A stretch of 64,000 nt of DNA from Candidatus Latescibacterota bacterium (lineage in GTDB: Bacteria > Latescibacterota > UBA2968 > GCA-2709665): assembly GCA_965208835.1 (NCBI GenBank), contig OZ242358.1:192001-256000 (forward strand). The letters run 5' to 3'. How positions within the stretch are numbered: the stretch's first letter is position 1; each line of letters starts with the position of its first letter. This document shows, one piece after another, positions 1-10,350 of this stretch. The notes under the pieces were generated by a model. The model did not search any database. It saw nothing but the letters and a program-made list of their open reading frames with translations, and had not been told where the DNA came from. The position numbers were made by a program, and so were the translations under genes.

Positions 1-14
1 TCAACGGGTCCCGG

Positions 15-1706
15 CTATCGTGTTGCAGGGATAACAGGCAGGACGATATGGGACGGATATTGTCTCGAGTGATGGACGGCCTGATGAGCCTGCCGCATTT
101 CGGTCTCGCTACCCAGGGAGCCGCCCGTGTTCAGATTACGGTCGAACCGGGGGAAGTTCGACGACGAAATTTCGAGGCGGACACGATGGCCCTTCTTGAA
201 GACGTTTCCCGTGACACCCAGGTCGATTTCACAGGCGTACACGTTGCCGGGTTCGAGCAAAGACGGGCGGGTAAAGCCCTCTCGAAAACGGGCCCTCAGG
301 ATGCCGTCGCAGAGGTTCATGGCGTACCCCGATGGTGACACGTCCACCAGCTTGGCGGTCCAGTCCGTGTCCGTACAGTCTGTCGCGGCGTAGAGGACGA
401 CCTTGACGGGACCGGTGACTTCCAGGTCTGTCTCCATTGGGTCGCTGGTATAGCAGAGCACGTCGCTCCGCATTTCCACCGGGCGCTGGTCCTGCGGACC
501 CCAGGGGACGATATGGGGTGAGCAGCAGTTGTTTCCGCCCATGGTCGGCGCCGGGTATCGCGGATCGTAGGTGTAGTGATCGGGGTGTTCCTCGCGCGGC
601 GGATCCGTCGAGAGGCAGCCGTCGCCGAGCAGCGTGTTGGCCCGGCCGGCCGAATGCAGATGCCATTTCTCCCACCGGGTCCGGGCCAGCGGCCACTCGT
701 TTTCGTCCCGCCACCGGTTGACCCCCATGATGAAGAGACTCAGCGGCGGTTCGTCTACCACGCCGTTGTCGATGCCTTTGAGCCAGTAGTCGAACCAGCG
801 CTGTTCGAGGCTTTCCAGATCTACCATGGAAGGCGCCCCGAAGTCCACGTCGCCGGTCTTTGGCGACGCGCTGAGGGCGTGCGGCCACGGACCCACGATG
901 AGTTTGCTTTTCTTCGCTTCTTCCGAGCCGCCATTGTGACGAAGGCCGTTGTAGTTGCTGAAAGTCTGGGCGGCGTAGAGGTCGTACCAGCCGCCCATGT
1001 TGAACGCGGGCGCAATCATATCGGCCCAGCGGGTCTCGTCGTTGAATTCCTCCCAGTAATCGTCGTAGGCGTCGTGTTCGACCCAGTCTTTCCAGAAGTC
1101 GACGTCGCGGCCAGCGTTTTCGTCCATTTTGTTGACAGGCAGCGCCCGGAAGGCTTCGGTCCAGTTGTGAAACTCGATGGTCTGGCCGGTGCGGGCGTTG
1201 GTACGCATGCCCCAGGTGAGCATGACGTTGAGCTGGAATGCGCCGCCGGGGTGGACGAGTCCGGTGTAATAGTCGGCGCAGATGACCCGCGGCGTCATAC
1301 ACTTGAGAAAACGGCTGCCGTACGGCGCGCTGCGCCACTGAACAGCACCGCCGTAGGAACTTCCGGCCATGCCTATCCTGCCGCTGCACCACTCCCGGTT
1401 CCCGATCCACTCCTGAGTGTCGTACCCGTCTTCACCTTCACGAAACGCGTAATAGGTGCCTTCGGAGTCCCAGCGTCCGCGGCAGTCCTGAAGAACGCAT
1501 GCGTATCCGTTATTGGCCAGCCGCCTGGCTTTTTCGACCATCCCGTCGGCGTTATTGCTGTACGGCGTGCGCATCAGGACCGTGGGGAATGTTCCGTGGG
1601 CGCGCGGCAGGTAGATGTCCGCCGAGAGGTTGATCCCGTCGCGCATCGGGACCTTTACGTCCAGTTGCATGTCTACGTCGTAGTTGGGCAGCATTGAATT
1701 CTCCAT
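15..1706 (-). CDS. CocE/NonD family hydrolase (peptidase S15 / X-Pro dipeptidyl-peptidase-like)
   Basis: 563 aa; VPMRDG..LSADIYLP, RTPY, QDCRGR..SEG, nucleophile elbow GSSYGG, GGWYD, GPWPH and C-terminal SSSNFPRFDRN, all typical of CocE. Confidence 0.93.
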   Translation of the reverse strand: MENSMLPNYDVDMQLDVKVPMRDGINLSADIYLPRAHGTFPTVLMRTPYSNNADGMVEKARRLANNGYACVLQDCRGRWDSEGTYYAFREGEDGYDTQEWIGNREWCSGRIGMAGSSYGGAVQWRSAPYGSRFLKCMTPRVICADYYTGLVHPGGAFQLNVMLTWGMRTNARTGQTIEFHNWTEAFRALPVNKMDENAGRDVDFWKDWVEHDAYDDYWEEFNDETRWADMIAPAFNMGGWYDLYAAQTFSNYNGLRHNGGSEEAKKSKLIVGPWPHALSASPKTGDVDFGAPSMVDLESLEQRWFDYWLKGIDNGVVDEPPLSLFIMGVNRWRDENEWPLARTRWEKWHLHSAGRANTLLGDGCLSTDPPREEHPDHYTYDPRYPAPTMGGNNCCSPHIVPWGPQDQRPVEMRSDVLCYTSDPMETDLEVTGPVKVVLYAATDCTDTDWTAKLVDVSPSGYAMNLCDGILRARFREGFTRPSLLEPGNVYACEIDLGVTGNVFKKGHRVRLEISSSNFPRFDRNLNTGGSLGSETEMRQAHQAVHHSRQYPSHIVLPVIPATR

Positions 1707-1789
1707 ACGAAGGGGTTACCAGCTTACATTTCCCTGAATCCTGGATGCCGATCTACAAGCTATACCAGTTCGGAAACAACCGACTGCAT

Positions 1790-2392
1790 CTATTGGCCGG
1801 TCGTTCGAGTTTGGTGTCTCCATTCCTGAAGCTTGTTGCGCATCGCTTCGACAAATCGCTGAAATGAGCGGTCCAATCGTGCTGCACGGTTGATGTTCAT
1901 GTGCTGGACGATGTCTTCAGCGTATTCGATACCCCCAAGTCTGGGTGTCGTACCCGCGTCACGAATGGCTTCAATCAAGCGCTGCTTATATCGTCTTCGA
2001 TCACATTTCTGATCGGGAGCATCACACCCCATTCCAAATACTGCTTTGAAGGCCGAACCGTCGAGCAAAAGCCAACGCTCGACGTGCGGATCCGGAATGG
2101 CATGAATCATGGGTGCAAGTTCTTCTCGGCCAGCGATCTCCCGCATTCGCTCGTTAAGTCCTCGGCAATTGGCGTCTGTCGCGACGACGATCAGATCGGG
2201 TCGCGGATCTCCTTGCCGCTCAAGGTCACGCATATAATTGTTGACTTCTGTTATGACTTTCCCGTAGCCACCTACCGCGCTCCGCCAATTCAGATGTACA
2301 TCGATTCGATATTCGTTGGCGACCCGCCTGATGAGGGCGTCTATGACAAGTTGATGTGCATAGTCCTCGGCAAAAAGCGCGATTTCACGCAT
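1790..2392 (-). CDS. TOPRIM-like protein of DUF4276/RloB type, partner of the adjacent ATPase
   Basis: 200 aa; IALFAED (TOPRIM glutamate), IVVATDAN, and PHVERWLL (E.W motif); start overlaps the ATPase stop by 8 bp. Confidence 0.65.
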   Translation of the reverse strand: MREIALFAEDYAHQLVIDALIRRVANEYRIDVHLNWRSAVGGYGKVITEVNNYMRDLERQGDPRPDLIVVATDANCRGLNERMREIAGREELAPMIHAIPDPHVERWLLLDGSAFKAVFGMGCDAPDQKCDRRRYKQRLIEAIRDAGTTPRLGGIEYAEDIVQHMNINRAARLDRSFQRFVEAMRNKLQEWRHQTRTTGQ

Positions 2393-3695
2393 CGAAATCG
2401 CCCCTTAATATGCGAGTAGAAACTGGGAGTCCGTGTTCATCGTTGGACAGCGCTTGTCCAATATCATCGCGTCGCGCCAGTGGCCCCCACGTTGAAAACG
2501 GATCGATATGGGTTTGTCCATTACGCCTGCAGACCGCAAACAGGGAGTCGTCTTCGAGCAAGTCGGGGAGGATCGGTGAGTGAGTCGTAATGATATGTTG
2601 AGTCTGGTTCAGGACCTCCTGTGTCTTAAGCAATTCTGCGATTAACTGGATACGGCGGGGGTGAATGCCGTTCTCAGGCTCTTCGAATCCAACCAATGCA
2701 GGACGGTCCTCAACGCCTGTCAGGGCAAGGAGTCCGAGCATCCGCAGGGTGCCTTCCGAGAGCACGCGAGCCGGAATTGCGACACCCCCTTCCTTCAGTC
2801 TAAGTTCCACCTCGCCGAGATCGCTCACCTCCACTTCAATTCCGTCGATGTTGGGCATCAGCGCGCGTAGAGCTTTTTCGACGCCATTGAATTGCCTGGC
2901 ATCGGTTGCCTTCATTGTATTCAGAAAGGCAGCGAGTTCTTCGCCCATCAAGCCGATATGTCGTACCTCTTTTACAGGACTCGCAGCCCTCATACGTTCA
3001 CGAGGTTCGAAGTAAAAGAACAGCCAACTCTCCAACTCCCGCCGCGCCGCCGCCAGGTGCGGATAGTGAGGCGGATAGTGCGGCATCGAAAGAACGCTGT
3101 GGTCAAGGTACCGATCGTAATACGTGGGATGCGCCTGTCCCTCCAGGCGCAGATGTATCTTCTGATCCTGGCGTTCGATAAACGGCTTTCGTTTGCGGGT
3201 CGGCTGCCCATTAGCGTTCAGTGCAGTCAGGTATTCATCGGCGACGCGCAGAACACCTGATTTTGGCAGCATCTCTATTTCGATGCGGTAACGCAGGTAA
3301 GTTTCGCGTACGCGGGCCGGGATCTTGTCCACGGATTTTGGATCGCCTTCGACACCTGGGCGCCGCATTTCCAGAATCTGGCGATTCACCGACTCGACGA
3401 CTGCGTCAGACAGACAAAGGTCGGCTTCGATCGAGAACGATAATCTTTCCTGTTTGAGCAGACCCTTGATGCCGTTTATTCCGAAGGTGAAGGACTCGAG
3501 CGGTTTCCCTCGATAGGGAGGATCGAACGCTTCCTTGACCGTCCGGCTGGTCCCCAGCTTCGACAGCAACTGCAAGGCGTCGAGCAAGTTGCTCTTGCCG
3601 GCGGCGTTTGGTCCGAACAGCACGACCAGCTGTGACAGGGACACTTCCACGTCGTCAAGAGACTTATATCCTCGGATCCGTATTCGCTTCAGCAT
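2385..3695 (-). CDS. AAA_15/AAA_21-type ABC ATPase (SMC/OLD-like)
   Basis: MLKRIRIRGYKSL start, Walker A GPNAAGKS, signature LSEGT, Walker B/D-loop FEEPENGIHP, H-loop ITTHSP. Confidence 0.92.
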   Translation of the reverse strand: MLKRIRIRGYKSLDDVEVSLSQLVVLFGPNAAGKSNLLDALQLLSKLGTSRTVKEAFDPPYRGKPLESFTFGINGIKGLLKQERLSFSIEADLCLSDAVVESVNRQILEMRRPGVEGDPKSVDKIPARVRETYLRYRIEIEMLPKSGVLRVADEYLTALNANGQPTRKRKPFIERQDQKIHLRLEGQAHPTYYDRYLDHSVLSMPHYPPHYPHLAAARRELESWLFFYFEPRERMRAASPVKEVRHIGLMGEELAAFLNTMKATDARQFNGVEKALRALMPNIDGIEVEVSDLGEVELRLKEGGVAIPARVLSEGTLRMLGLLALTGVEDRPALVGFEEPENGIHPRRIQLIAELLKTQEVLNQTQHIITTHSPILPDLLEDDSLFAVCRRNGQTHIDPFSTWGPLARRDDIGQALSNDEHGLPVSTRILRGDFDA

Positions 3696-3830
3696 TTCGG
3701 ATTCTCCAGGGCATCAAATGGAAACGCTCATCACAAGCTTTAATTGAAGATTGTCCTGGCGATGATCGATGACATCAAACCTGTCCAAAATCGTCTTTCC
3801 AACCGCTATCACGACAGGATCCACTTGTAA

Positions 3831-3982
3831 CCGGAGCGAGGGCATCCTGCCCTCGAACTTCCCGTCACTTTCTTCAATTCGCGTCGAGGGACTGACGCGT
3901 CCATTAAATCCGATAGGGGTTCGCGGAAAACACCGTGTGCGACGAGTTATCCGCCGTCGAGGGCAGGATGCCCTCGCTCCGG
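3831..3982. repeat. REP doublet (REPIN-like) with 26-bp perfect inverted pair
   Basis: CCGGAGCGAGGGCATCCTGCCCTCGA (3831-3856) and its exact reverse complement (3957-3982); each arm is itself palindromic; a third copy lies at about 38699-38724. Confidence 0.85.
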
Positions 3983-4055
3983 GGAACGCCAACCACACCG
4001 GTCCCAAATCGGTACTTGTCCTGGACAGCAGTGATACTGTGGCGCGATAGAACGA

Positions 4056-6380
4056 CTAAACCAGCACCGGGCCATTCGTGTCGGACCAGTCCATCCTGAT
4101 CCGATCCACCTCACCGTCGGGATGGACAATTCGCACGTTCCAGACGTCGCCGCGGCGGGTGATCCTCGACGTGACGCCCGCGCTGACGCCGTCCGTGAAG
4201 GGCACGAGGGCGTAGCCTGTACGGAAGGGCAGCGACGTCCGTTTCCTGTAGATGACGACGGGCGCGGGAACGTCCTGCTCGCTGATGGCAAGCCATCCCT
4301 GTACCGGATCGTTCCGGCCGCAGACGATGCGGGGCGTCATTCTGACGAGGGGGAGGACTTCCAGGTTTGGCGGATGCATGCGCCCGGTCCGGACGGCGCG
4401 GCTCTCCGGATCGATCAACACGCGGTAGGGCATGAAGTGGAAGAGCGCCTCGTAAGTGCGGCGGCCTTCGCCCGTGAGTTCGTCGAAGATGAGAAAGTAA
4501 TCCGGCTTGACGAACATGACGATCCGGCGGTGAGAGACGGACGCGTCCAACCCGGCATACCCGGCGTCGTACGTGGCGATGGCCACATCGGAGCGCTCGT
4601 CGGAGCGCCAGACCGTTTTGTCGCGGGCGGATTCAACCCATTCCGCGACGGTGCGTGCCCCGCGGTTCTGCCCGCAGCCGTCCACCAGGACCGTGTTGTG
4701 CGCTTCGGTTGTCTTATAGAACGAGGTCCATGCGTTCGGATAGTACGAGGCGATTCCGGGGTCCACGATGAAGGGCAGACCGTGGGCGTGGAGGTCGAAA
4801 GAGAGCATATCTTCGTGCTGGTGGAATCGGCCGTACGGACCTCCTTCGAACAGGAGGTAGCGGGCGTCGCGGTCCCATCCGCTGCGCATCACGAAGTACC
4901 CGGAGTCCCGGTGGGCGATGGATGTATATTCCGGCGGGCTGCCTTCTTCTCCCTCGGTGCCGATCCAGGTGGCGGATTCGCTTTCGAGAATGTCGCCCGG
5001 TCCCGCGAGCCCGCCGCCGAATTTTCCGTCCAGGCTGCCGGCGTCGGAAACGGAGGGATAGGTGAAATCGGGCCGGTTGACGGAGACGCACCAGTCGTAC
5101 ATGCGCCGGATGCCCGCTTCCAGCTCAGGATCCAGGGACCGGCCGAACTTTCCTGCCACTTTATGTGCATCCAGGAACCAGGATGCGATCGAGATCTGAT
5201 AACCCGGCGTGAGTTCGTAGGATGCGCCATCCGGAAAGACCTGGATCTCCATGTCGTCGATGAGCCGCTGGCTGGCGGCCTCGTACCAGGCTTCGGCGTC
5301 CTTGAATTCGGGAAAGGAGCAGGCCGTGGCGAGCAGAGACCTGCCTTCCGATATGGTTTTGTTGGAGGGCGGGAAGGACTCGAATTTCAGGAGGTAGACG
5401 GTATGTTCGTAGATGGATTTGAGCAGGTCCACGATGGTCCTGTCTTCTGTTTCAGGGCAGTCGCAGAGTTCGGTGAACGCGTCGACCAGCGTGTTGAACG
5501 CCCGCATGCTCACGATCAGCGAATGCCCCCAGGCCAGGCCGCCCGCGCGGACGCCGAAGGGAACAGGCGTTTTGCGCATCCAGTCGCACAGGATGGACTC
5601 GATGCCTTTCGCGTATTTGGGGTCCCGGGTCTTTGCCCAGGCGCGTTCGAGGGCCTTGAAATAGTAGAACGCATGGATGATGATGGACCACTCGATATAT
5701 CCGTAAGGGTTTGCGTCCCAGTCCACGCCGTCGGGCCAGTGGTGGTCCATGATGTAACCGGCGAGGATACGGTCCGCCTCTTCGATATTTGCATCGGACC
5801 CCGGATCGGATGTCGTGTGCCGCCTGTTGTACGTGCTGGAACGGAAATGCGACGCGATCGCGGAAAGCCGGGCTTCGGTGTCGGTTGCCCGCGCCGCGGC
5901 TTCGAGCCCCGGATGGTTCAGATCAATGGCAGCGATGAGGGCGTCGTCCGTCATTCGTGGCCCCGTGACGATGCGGCGCTGGACCAGGCGGATATTCCGG
6001 ACGCGGCTTCCGGGCGGAACGTGGATTTCGCCCGAGGACATATCGCCCCACCCCGCCGTCGGGATTCCGGCGGTATAAAAACACTCCGCGGGGAACCGGA
6101 ACTCGCGCCAGCCCCGCCAGATGTTGCCGCCGCGGGGGGAGACGATGGCGTTGAACCAATAGCCGTCGTCCTGGCTCATCCCTTCGGTACGATGCCCCGA
6201 AGTGAGTGTGCATCGGATCTGGTCGTCCACACCTTCCGGCAGGAAGATTTCGGCGCGGATTTCGTTGGCCAGACCCCAGTCGCCGACATTCACCGGCAGA
6301 CTGGCGCGTTCACCCTGCTCGGCGGTTGAGAGCGTCCATTCTGAGACAATTGCGTCGTCTTCGAACATGGTCAGGTCCAT
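4056..6380 (-). CDS. Heparinase II/III-family polysaccharide lyase-like protein
   Basis: 774 aa; PDGASYELTPGY, SGYFVMRSGW, HQHEDMLSF, IVDPG..Y and AHNTVLVDG motifs; RBS AAGGAGG upstream. Confidence 0.88.
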   Translation of the reverse strand: MDLTMFEDDAIVSEWTLSTAEQGERASLPVNVGDWGLANEIRAEIFLPEGVDDQIRCTLTSGHRTEGMSQDDGYWFNAIVSPRGGNIWRGWREFRFPAECFYTAGIPTAGWGDMSSGEIHVPPGSRVRNIRLVQRRIVTGPRMTDDALIAAIDLNHPGLEAAARATDTEARLSAIASHFRSSTYNRRHTTSDPGSDANIEEADRILAGYIMDHHWPDGVDWDANPYGYIEWSIIIHAFYYFKALERAWAKTRDPKYAKGIESILCDWMRKTPVPFGVRAGGLAWGHSLIVSMRAFNTLVDAFTELCDCPETEDRTIVDLLKSIYEHTVYLLKFESFPPSNKTISEGRSLLATACSFPEFKDAEAWYEAASQRLIDDMEIQVFPDGASYELTPGYQISIASWFLDAHKVAGKFGRSLDPELEAGIRRMYDWCVSVNRPDFTYPSVSDAGSLDGKFGGGLAGPGDILESESATWIGTEGEEGSPPEYTSIAHRDSGYFVMRSGWDRDARYLLFEGGPYGRFHQHEDMLSFDLHAHGLPFIVDPGIASYYPNAWTSFYKTTEAHNTVLVDGCGQNRGARTVAEWVESARDKTVWRSDERSDVAIATYDAGYAGLDASVSHRRIVMFVKPDYFLIFDELTGEGRRTYEALFHFMPYRVLIDPESRAVRTGRMHPPNLEVLPLVRMTPRIVCGRNDPVQGWLAISEQDVPAPVVIYRKRTSLPFRTGYALVPFTDGVSAGVTSRITRRGDVWNVRIVHPDGEVDRIRMDWSDTNGPVLV

Positions 6381-6639
6381 GTCGCCTCCTTTCGATTAGG
6401 GCAATTTACGAAATGGGGAATGGGGGTTCAAGAATCATCGCGCATGCCGTCGAGAGCCGCCTTCCTGTATTGTCGCCGACCGCTTTAGCGCTTGCGGAAT
6501 ATGCGGCCCCTGTATTTCTTATCGAAACCCCCAGCACCACTCGCGAACAGGAAACCACACTGTATTCCAGCAGCAGGCCTTTCGAGAGGACTACCAGAGC
6601 AGGGCGCGTGAATCCGTCTAACTAACGGCACCGACTTTA

Positions 6640-6850
6640 CTTCATAAGCTGGCAGGCCGAAGGATACGGTGCATCCTGTTGGGTAATTCGCGCCATGCAT
6701 AAGGCAGGCCCCGCGCCCAGCGGCGACTTTTGGTTCCTTTTGGTCGCTTCAAAAGGAACACGCCGTAGGCAGGGAATTTGGGGAGATGTGGATTTTGATT
6801 TTGACTCTTGTTTTTTCGTCTTTAGCTGAGGGCTGATAGCTGACAGCTGT
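6640..6850. repeat. Intergenic repeat-like element with microsatellite tail
   Basis: CTTTTGGTTCCTTTTGGTCGCTTCAAAAGGAAC hairpin, GATTTT hexamers and (T/G/C)RGCTGA-type heptamers just before the oxidoreductase start. Confidence 0.4.
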
Positions 6851-6863
6851 TTCTGGAGCGCTG

Positions 6864-8060
6864 ATGGGTATTCGTCTCGGAATCTGCGGCACCGGAGCAT
6901 TTGCGAACTCGTTCATCCCGCTGTTCAAGGCGCATCCGGACGTCGACCACCTGGTGCTGTGCGACCTGGACGCGGAGAAGCTGGCGGAAAAATCATCGCA
7001 GTTCGATGTGCCCGACACGTTTCCGTCGCTCGATGCGCTGTGCGTTTCCGACGTCGACGCGATTGCGATCATTACGCAGCACCATCTGCACGGACCGCAG
7101 GCGGTCCAGGCGTTGCGAAGCGGCAAGCACGTGTATTCCGCGGTGCCGTCAGCCGTGACGCTGGATGAGATCTCCGAGCTTGTAAAGGCGGTGGAAGAGA
7201 CCGGGTTGACATACATGATCGGGGAGACGAGCTACTATTACCCGTGTACGATCTATTGCCGGGACCGCTTCAGGAAGGGAGATTTCGGGCATATCGTGTA
7301 CGGGGAAGCGGAGTATTACCACGACTATTCTCACGGGCTCTATGCGGTGTCGCAGTGGCGTCACGGTGAGGAATGGAAACGGTATTTCGGCTCGCCGCCT
7401 CTGCATTATCCCACGCACTCGACCAGCATGATCGTGTCTGTCACCGGGGGGCACGCGACGCACGTGAGCGGAATGGGCTTCGTGGACCGCCACGAGGACA
7501 ATCTGTATGCGAGCGAAGACAATGTCTGGAAAAATCCGTTCAGCAACCAGACCATGTTGTGCAGGATGTCGGACGGGAGTATGGCGCGGTTCAACGAATT
7601 CAGGAGGATCGGACATCCGGGTACGGTGGGGATGAGCCTGTACGGAACGGACGCCGGATACGAGGAGCAGGTGCAAGGACAGGTGTGGATCACCAAGGAC
7701 CGGAAAACGTGCATGGATCTGACCGCGGAATTGTCCTGTGAAGGCGTTCCGGCCGCTCCGGCCGACGATCCGATGGGCGCGGTTACGGGCGACGACGGCA
7801 CGCACCAGGGGGTGTCTCCGGTGCATCCCGTGCATCTGCTGCCGAGGGAGTTCATCGGCCTGGGGAACGGGCACAAGGGAGCGCACCAGTTCCTCGTACA
7901 CGATTTCGTGACGGCGTGTGTGACGGGGGAAACGCCGCCCAACAACGTCTGGCAGGCGGCGCGGTACCTGGTTCCGGGGCTGGTGGCGCACGAGTCCGCG
8001 ATGAGCGGCGGCGCGCAAAAGGAAGTGCCGGATTTCGGGGACGGGTCCGGAGATTCCTGA
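6864..8060 (+). CDS. Gfo/Idh/MocA family oxidoreductase
   Basis: Rossmann GICGTGAF, H..Q...AL.SGKHVYSAVP, and G.IVYGEAEYYH. Confidence 0.92.
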   Translation: MGIRLGICGTGAFANSFIPLFKAHPDVDHLVLCDLDAEKLAEKSSQFDVPDTFPSLDALCVSDVDAIAIITQHHLHGPQAVQALRSGKHVYSAVPSAVTLDEISELVKAVEETGLTYMIGETSYYYPCTIYCRDRFRKGDFGHIVYGEAEYYHDYSHGLYAVSQWRHGEEWKRYFGSPPLHYPTHSTSMIVSVTGGHATHVSGMGFVDRHEDNLYASEDNVWKNPFSNQTMLCRMSDGSMARFNEFRRIGHPGTVGMSLYGTDAGYEEQVQGQVWITKDRKTCMDLTAELSCEGVPAAPADDPMGAVTGDDGTHQGVSPVHPVHLLPREFIGLGNGHKGAHQFLVHDFVTACVTGETPPNNVWQAARYLVPGLVAHESAMSGGAQKEVPDFGDGSGDS

Positions 8061-8147
8061 GACGAGAGCCGCGGGAGGCAGGATGGGCGCGGGTTTGAAT
8101 AAGGCACGCGTTCGTTTTTGCCTGGACGCATATTCGGGAGACACGAG

Positions 8148-8465
8148 ATGATTAAGCGAGTATCCGGAGAGGGATGGGCGTTTGTATCCGACGACGTGCC
8201 TGACTCTGACATGGAACCTCTGGTCTCACGCGCGCCGGAGGAGCAGCAGATCCGGATTCGGCTGGAGAAACGGAAGCGCGGCAAGGTCGTAACGCTGGCA
8301 GAAGGTCTCGTGCTTGTGAAGGGGGATATGAAGGACCTGGCGCGCGCCTTGAGAGCGGCCTGCGGAACGGGAGGGACGATTCGGGGGGAGGCGATCGAGT
8401 TGCAGGGAGATTGCCGGCAAAGGGCCCGTGACTGGCTGGTGGAAAACGGCTGGGGGATTCGATGA
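8148..8465 (+). CDS. yciH: Translation initiation factor SUI1/eIF1 homolog
   Basis: IRLEKRKRGKVVT, LARALRAACGTGGT, IELQGD; ATG at 8148 after GGGAG. Confidence 0.9.
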   Translation: MIKRVSGEGWAFVSDDVPDSDMEPLVSRAPEEQQIRIRLEKRKRGKVVTLAEGLVLVKGDMKDLARALRAACGTGGTIRGEAIELQGDCRQRARDWLVENGWGIR

Positions 8466-8525
8466 CCAGCCAATGTGCCGATCACTGACTGGTAACAGCG
8501 AAATACACATCGAGGAGGATTAACC

Positions 8526-10064
8526 ATGTCCACTGTAGATTGCGACGCGCTGATCCTGGGCGGCGGACACAACGGGCTGGTTGCGGCGTCCTACCTGGCG
8601 GATGCGGGAATGGACGTGCTGTTGCTGGAACGCAGGGACCTCCTGGGCGGCGCCTGTGCGACCGAGGAACTCTTTCCGGGCTACCGTTTTTCATCCTGCT
8701 CCTATATCTGCCACCTGCTGCAGGACAAGGTGATCGACGAGTTGGCCCTGCGGGAGCACGGGTTCGACGTCTTTCACCTGGACCCTTCCCGGTTTCAGCC
8801 CTTCCCCGACGGCTCAGCGCTCCGCCTCTGGGACGACCTGGAACGCAGCCAGGAGGAGCTTGCCCGATTTTCGCGGAAGGACGCGGAGGCCTATCCGGAA
8901 TGGCTCGCTTTCTGGGAACGGGCAGCAAACATCATCTACCCGTATTTCCTGACGCCGCCGCCTACGCTGGGCCAAATCGCCTCGCGGCTCGAGGGCACGC
9001 CCGACGAGGGGTTTCTGGACCGCCTGCTCACGACCAGTATGACCGACCTCGTGACGGAATTTTTCGAGTCCGACGAGGCCCAGGGCGCGTTCATCCAGGC
9101 GCAGGACGCGGGCGACCCGGCGGCGCCGGGCAGCGCGTGGTGTTACGCGTACATCAAATGCGGCATGTTCGGCCGGCCGGAGAACGTGGGTATCGTCAAG
9201 GGCGGGATGGGCGGAATTGCCAATGCTCTCGCCAGGGCGGCGAGGTCTCGCGATGCGGTTTTGCAGACGGGAGCGGAGGTTCGACAGATCCTGCTGGAAG
9301 AGGGACGGGCGTGCGGCGTGACGCTTGTCGACGGGACGGAGATCCGCAGCAGGATTGTGGTTTCCAACGCCGATCCGAAGCGTACGTTTCTGAAGCTGCT
9401 GCCGCCCGGGGCGCTGGACGCGCGATTCCTTGCAAAGGCGAATCGTCTGAAGACCAGGACGGCCTACCTTAAATTCCACGCGGCGCTCTCCGGCCTTCCG
9501 GACTTCGCGAGGGGCGAATCCGGATTCGATCCGCGCTGGGTGGCTGAAATCAAGATCTGTCCGTCCATCGACTACTTCGTCCGCGCCTGGGACGAGGCCA
9601 GGCGTGGGGATCCCGCGACTGAACCCGTCCTGGAAGTGCAGATTCCATCTGTCTACGACGACACGATGGCGCCGCCCGGCCACCACGTCATGTCCGTCTG
9701 GGCCCTCTATGCGCCCGTGCGCCCGCGCGACGGCACCTGGGCCGAGAGACGCGAAGAGGTGGGTGAGCGCATGATCGATACACTGTCGACCTATGCGCCG
9801 AACCTGCGGGACATTCTGGTGGACTGGTCGCTGTTCACACCTTATGACCTGGAGGAACGGGTGGGCCTCACCGACGGCAATATCCGGCACCTTGACATCG
9901 TGCCGGACCAGTTCCTGGCGCAACGCCCCCTCGGCGGTTGGTCGCGCTACACGACCCCTGTCCGGAATCTGTATCTCTGCGGCGCGGGAACGCATCCGGG
10001 CGGCGAGGTGACCGGCGCCCCGGGGCACAACGCCGCGAAGGCCATCCTGGAGGATTGGGGATAG
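8526..10064 (+). CDS. Phytoene dehydrogenase-like FAD oxidoreductase (COG1233 / PYROXD2-like)
   Basis: GGGHNGL.AA.YLA, LERR..LGGA, GGMGGI and C-terminal LYLCGAGTHPGG.VTGAPGHNAA; RBS GAGGAGG. Confidence 0.92.
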   Translation: MSTVDCDALILGGGHNGLVAASYLADAGMDVLLLERRDLLGGACATEELFPGYRFSSCSYICHLLQDKVIDELALREHGFDVFHLDPSRFQPFPDGSALRLWDDLERSQEELARFSRKDAEAYPEWLAFWERAANIIYPYFLTPPPTLGQIASRLEGTPDEGFLDRLLTTSMTDLVTEFFESDEAQGAFIQAQDAGDPAAPGSAWCYAYIKCGMFGRPENVGIVKGGMGGIANALARAARSRDAVLQTGAEVRQILLEEGRACGVTLVDGTEIRSRIVVSNADPKRTFLKLLPPGALDARFLAKANRLKTRTAYLKFHAALSGLPDFARGESGFDPRWVAEIKICPSIDYFVRAWDEARRGDPATEPVLEVQIPSVYDDTMAPPGHHVMSVWALYAPVRPRDGTWAERREEVGERMIDTLSTYAPNLRDILVDWSLFTPYDLEERVGLTDGNIRHLDIVPDQFLAQRPLGGWSRYTTPVRNLYLCGAGTHPGGEVTGAPGHNAAKAILEDWG

Positions 10065-10076
10065 CCCGCGGGTAAA

Positions 10077-10302
10077 TCAGGATTCATCGTTTTTCGGGAC
10101 CGCTCTCCCCGGTCCCTCAGAAGCGGGTAGACGGGAGACGGAAGAGGGTAGAGATTACCTGCCTTGTGAGGGATCTTCTCGTGCCGAAGGCAAGGAGGAA
10201 GAACATACCGGGCATGGGCTTCTTCTCCCGTCTCACCTCTACCCTCTACCCACATTCATGTTCTTGGTGGCCAATTTGACCGTTGTTTTTCTCGAATTGA
10301 GA
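10077..10302. mobile_element. Degenerate MITE-like element with heptamer runs
   Basis: Right end GAATTGAGA followed by TTAA; body alignable by eye to 63140-63310 and, inverted, to 39945-40080; left end degenerate. Confidence 0.55.
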
Positions 10303-10350
10303 TTAAGGCTTAGTGCTTACCAATCCATCAACCAGATGGCATGTTGGAGA

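Noticed and set aside
4122-6329. 735-aa + strand ORF and similar long antisense ORFs (576-1697, 8814-10028, 36567-37844, 48351-49619)
   Set aside because: They are shadows of well-supported genes on the opposite strand in GC-rich DNA and carry no recognisable motifs.
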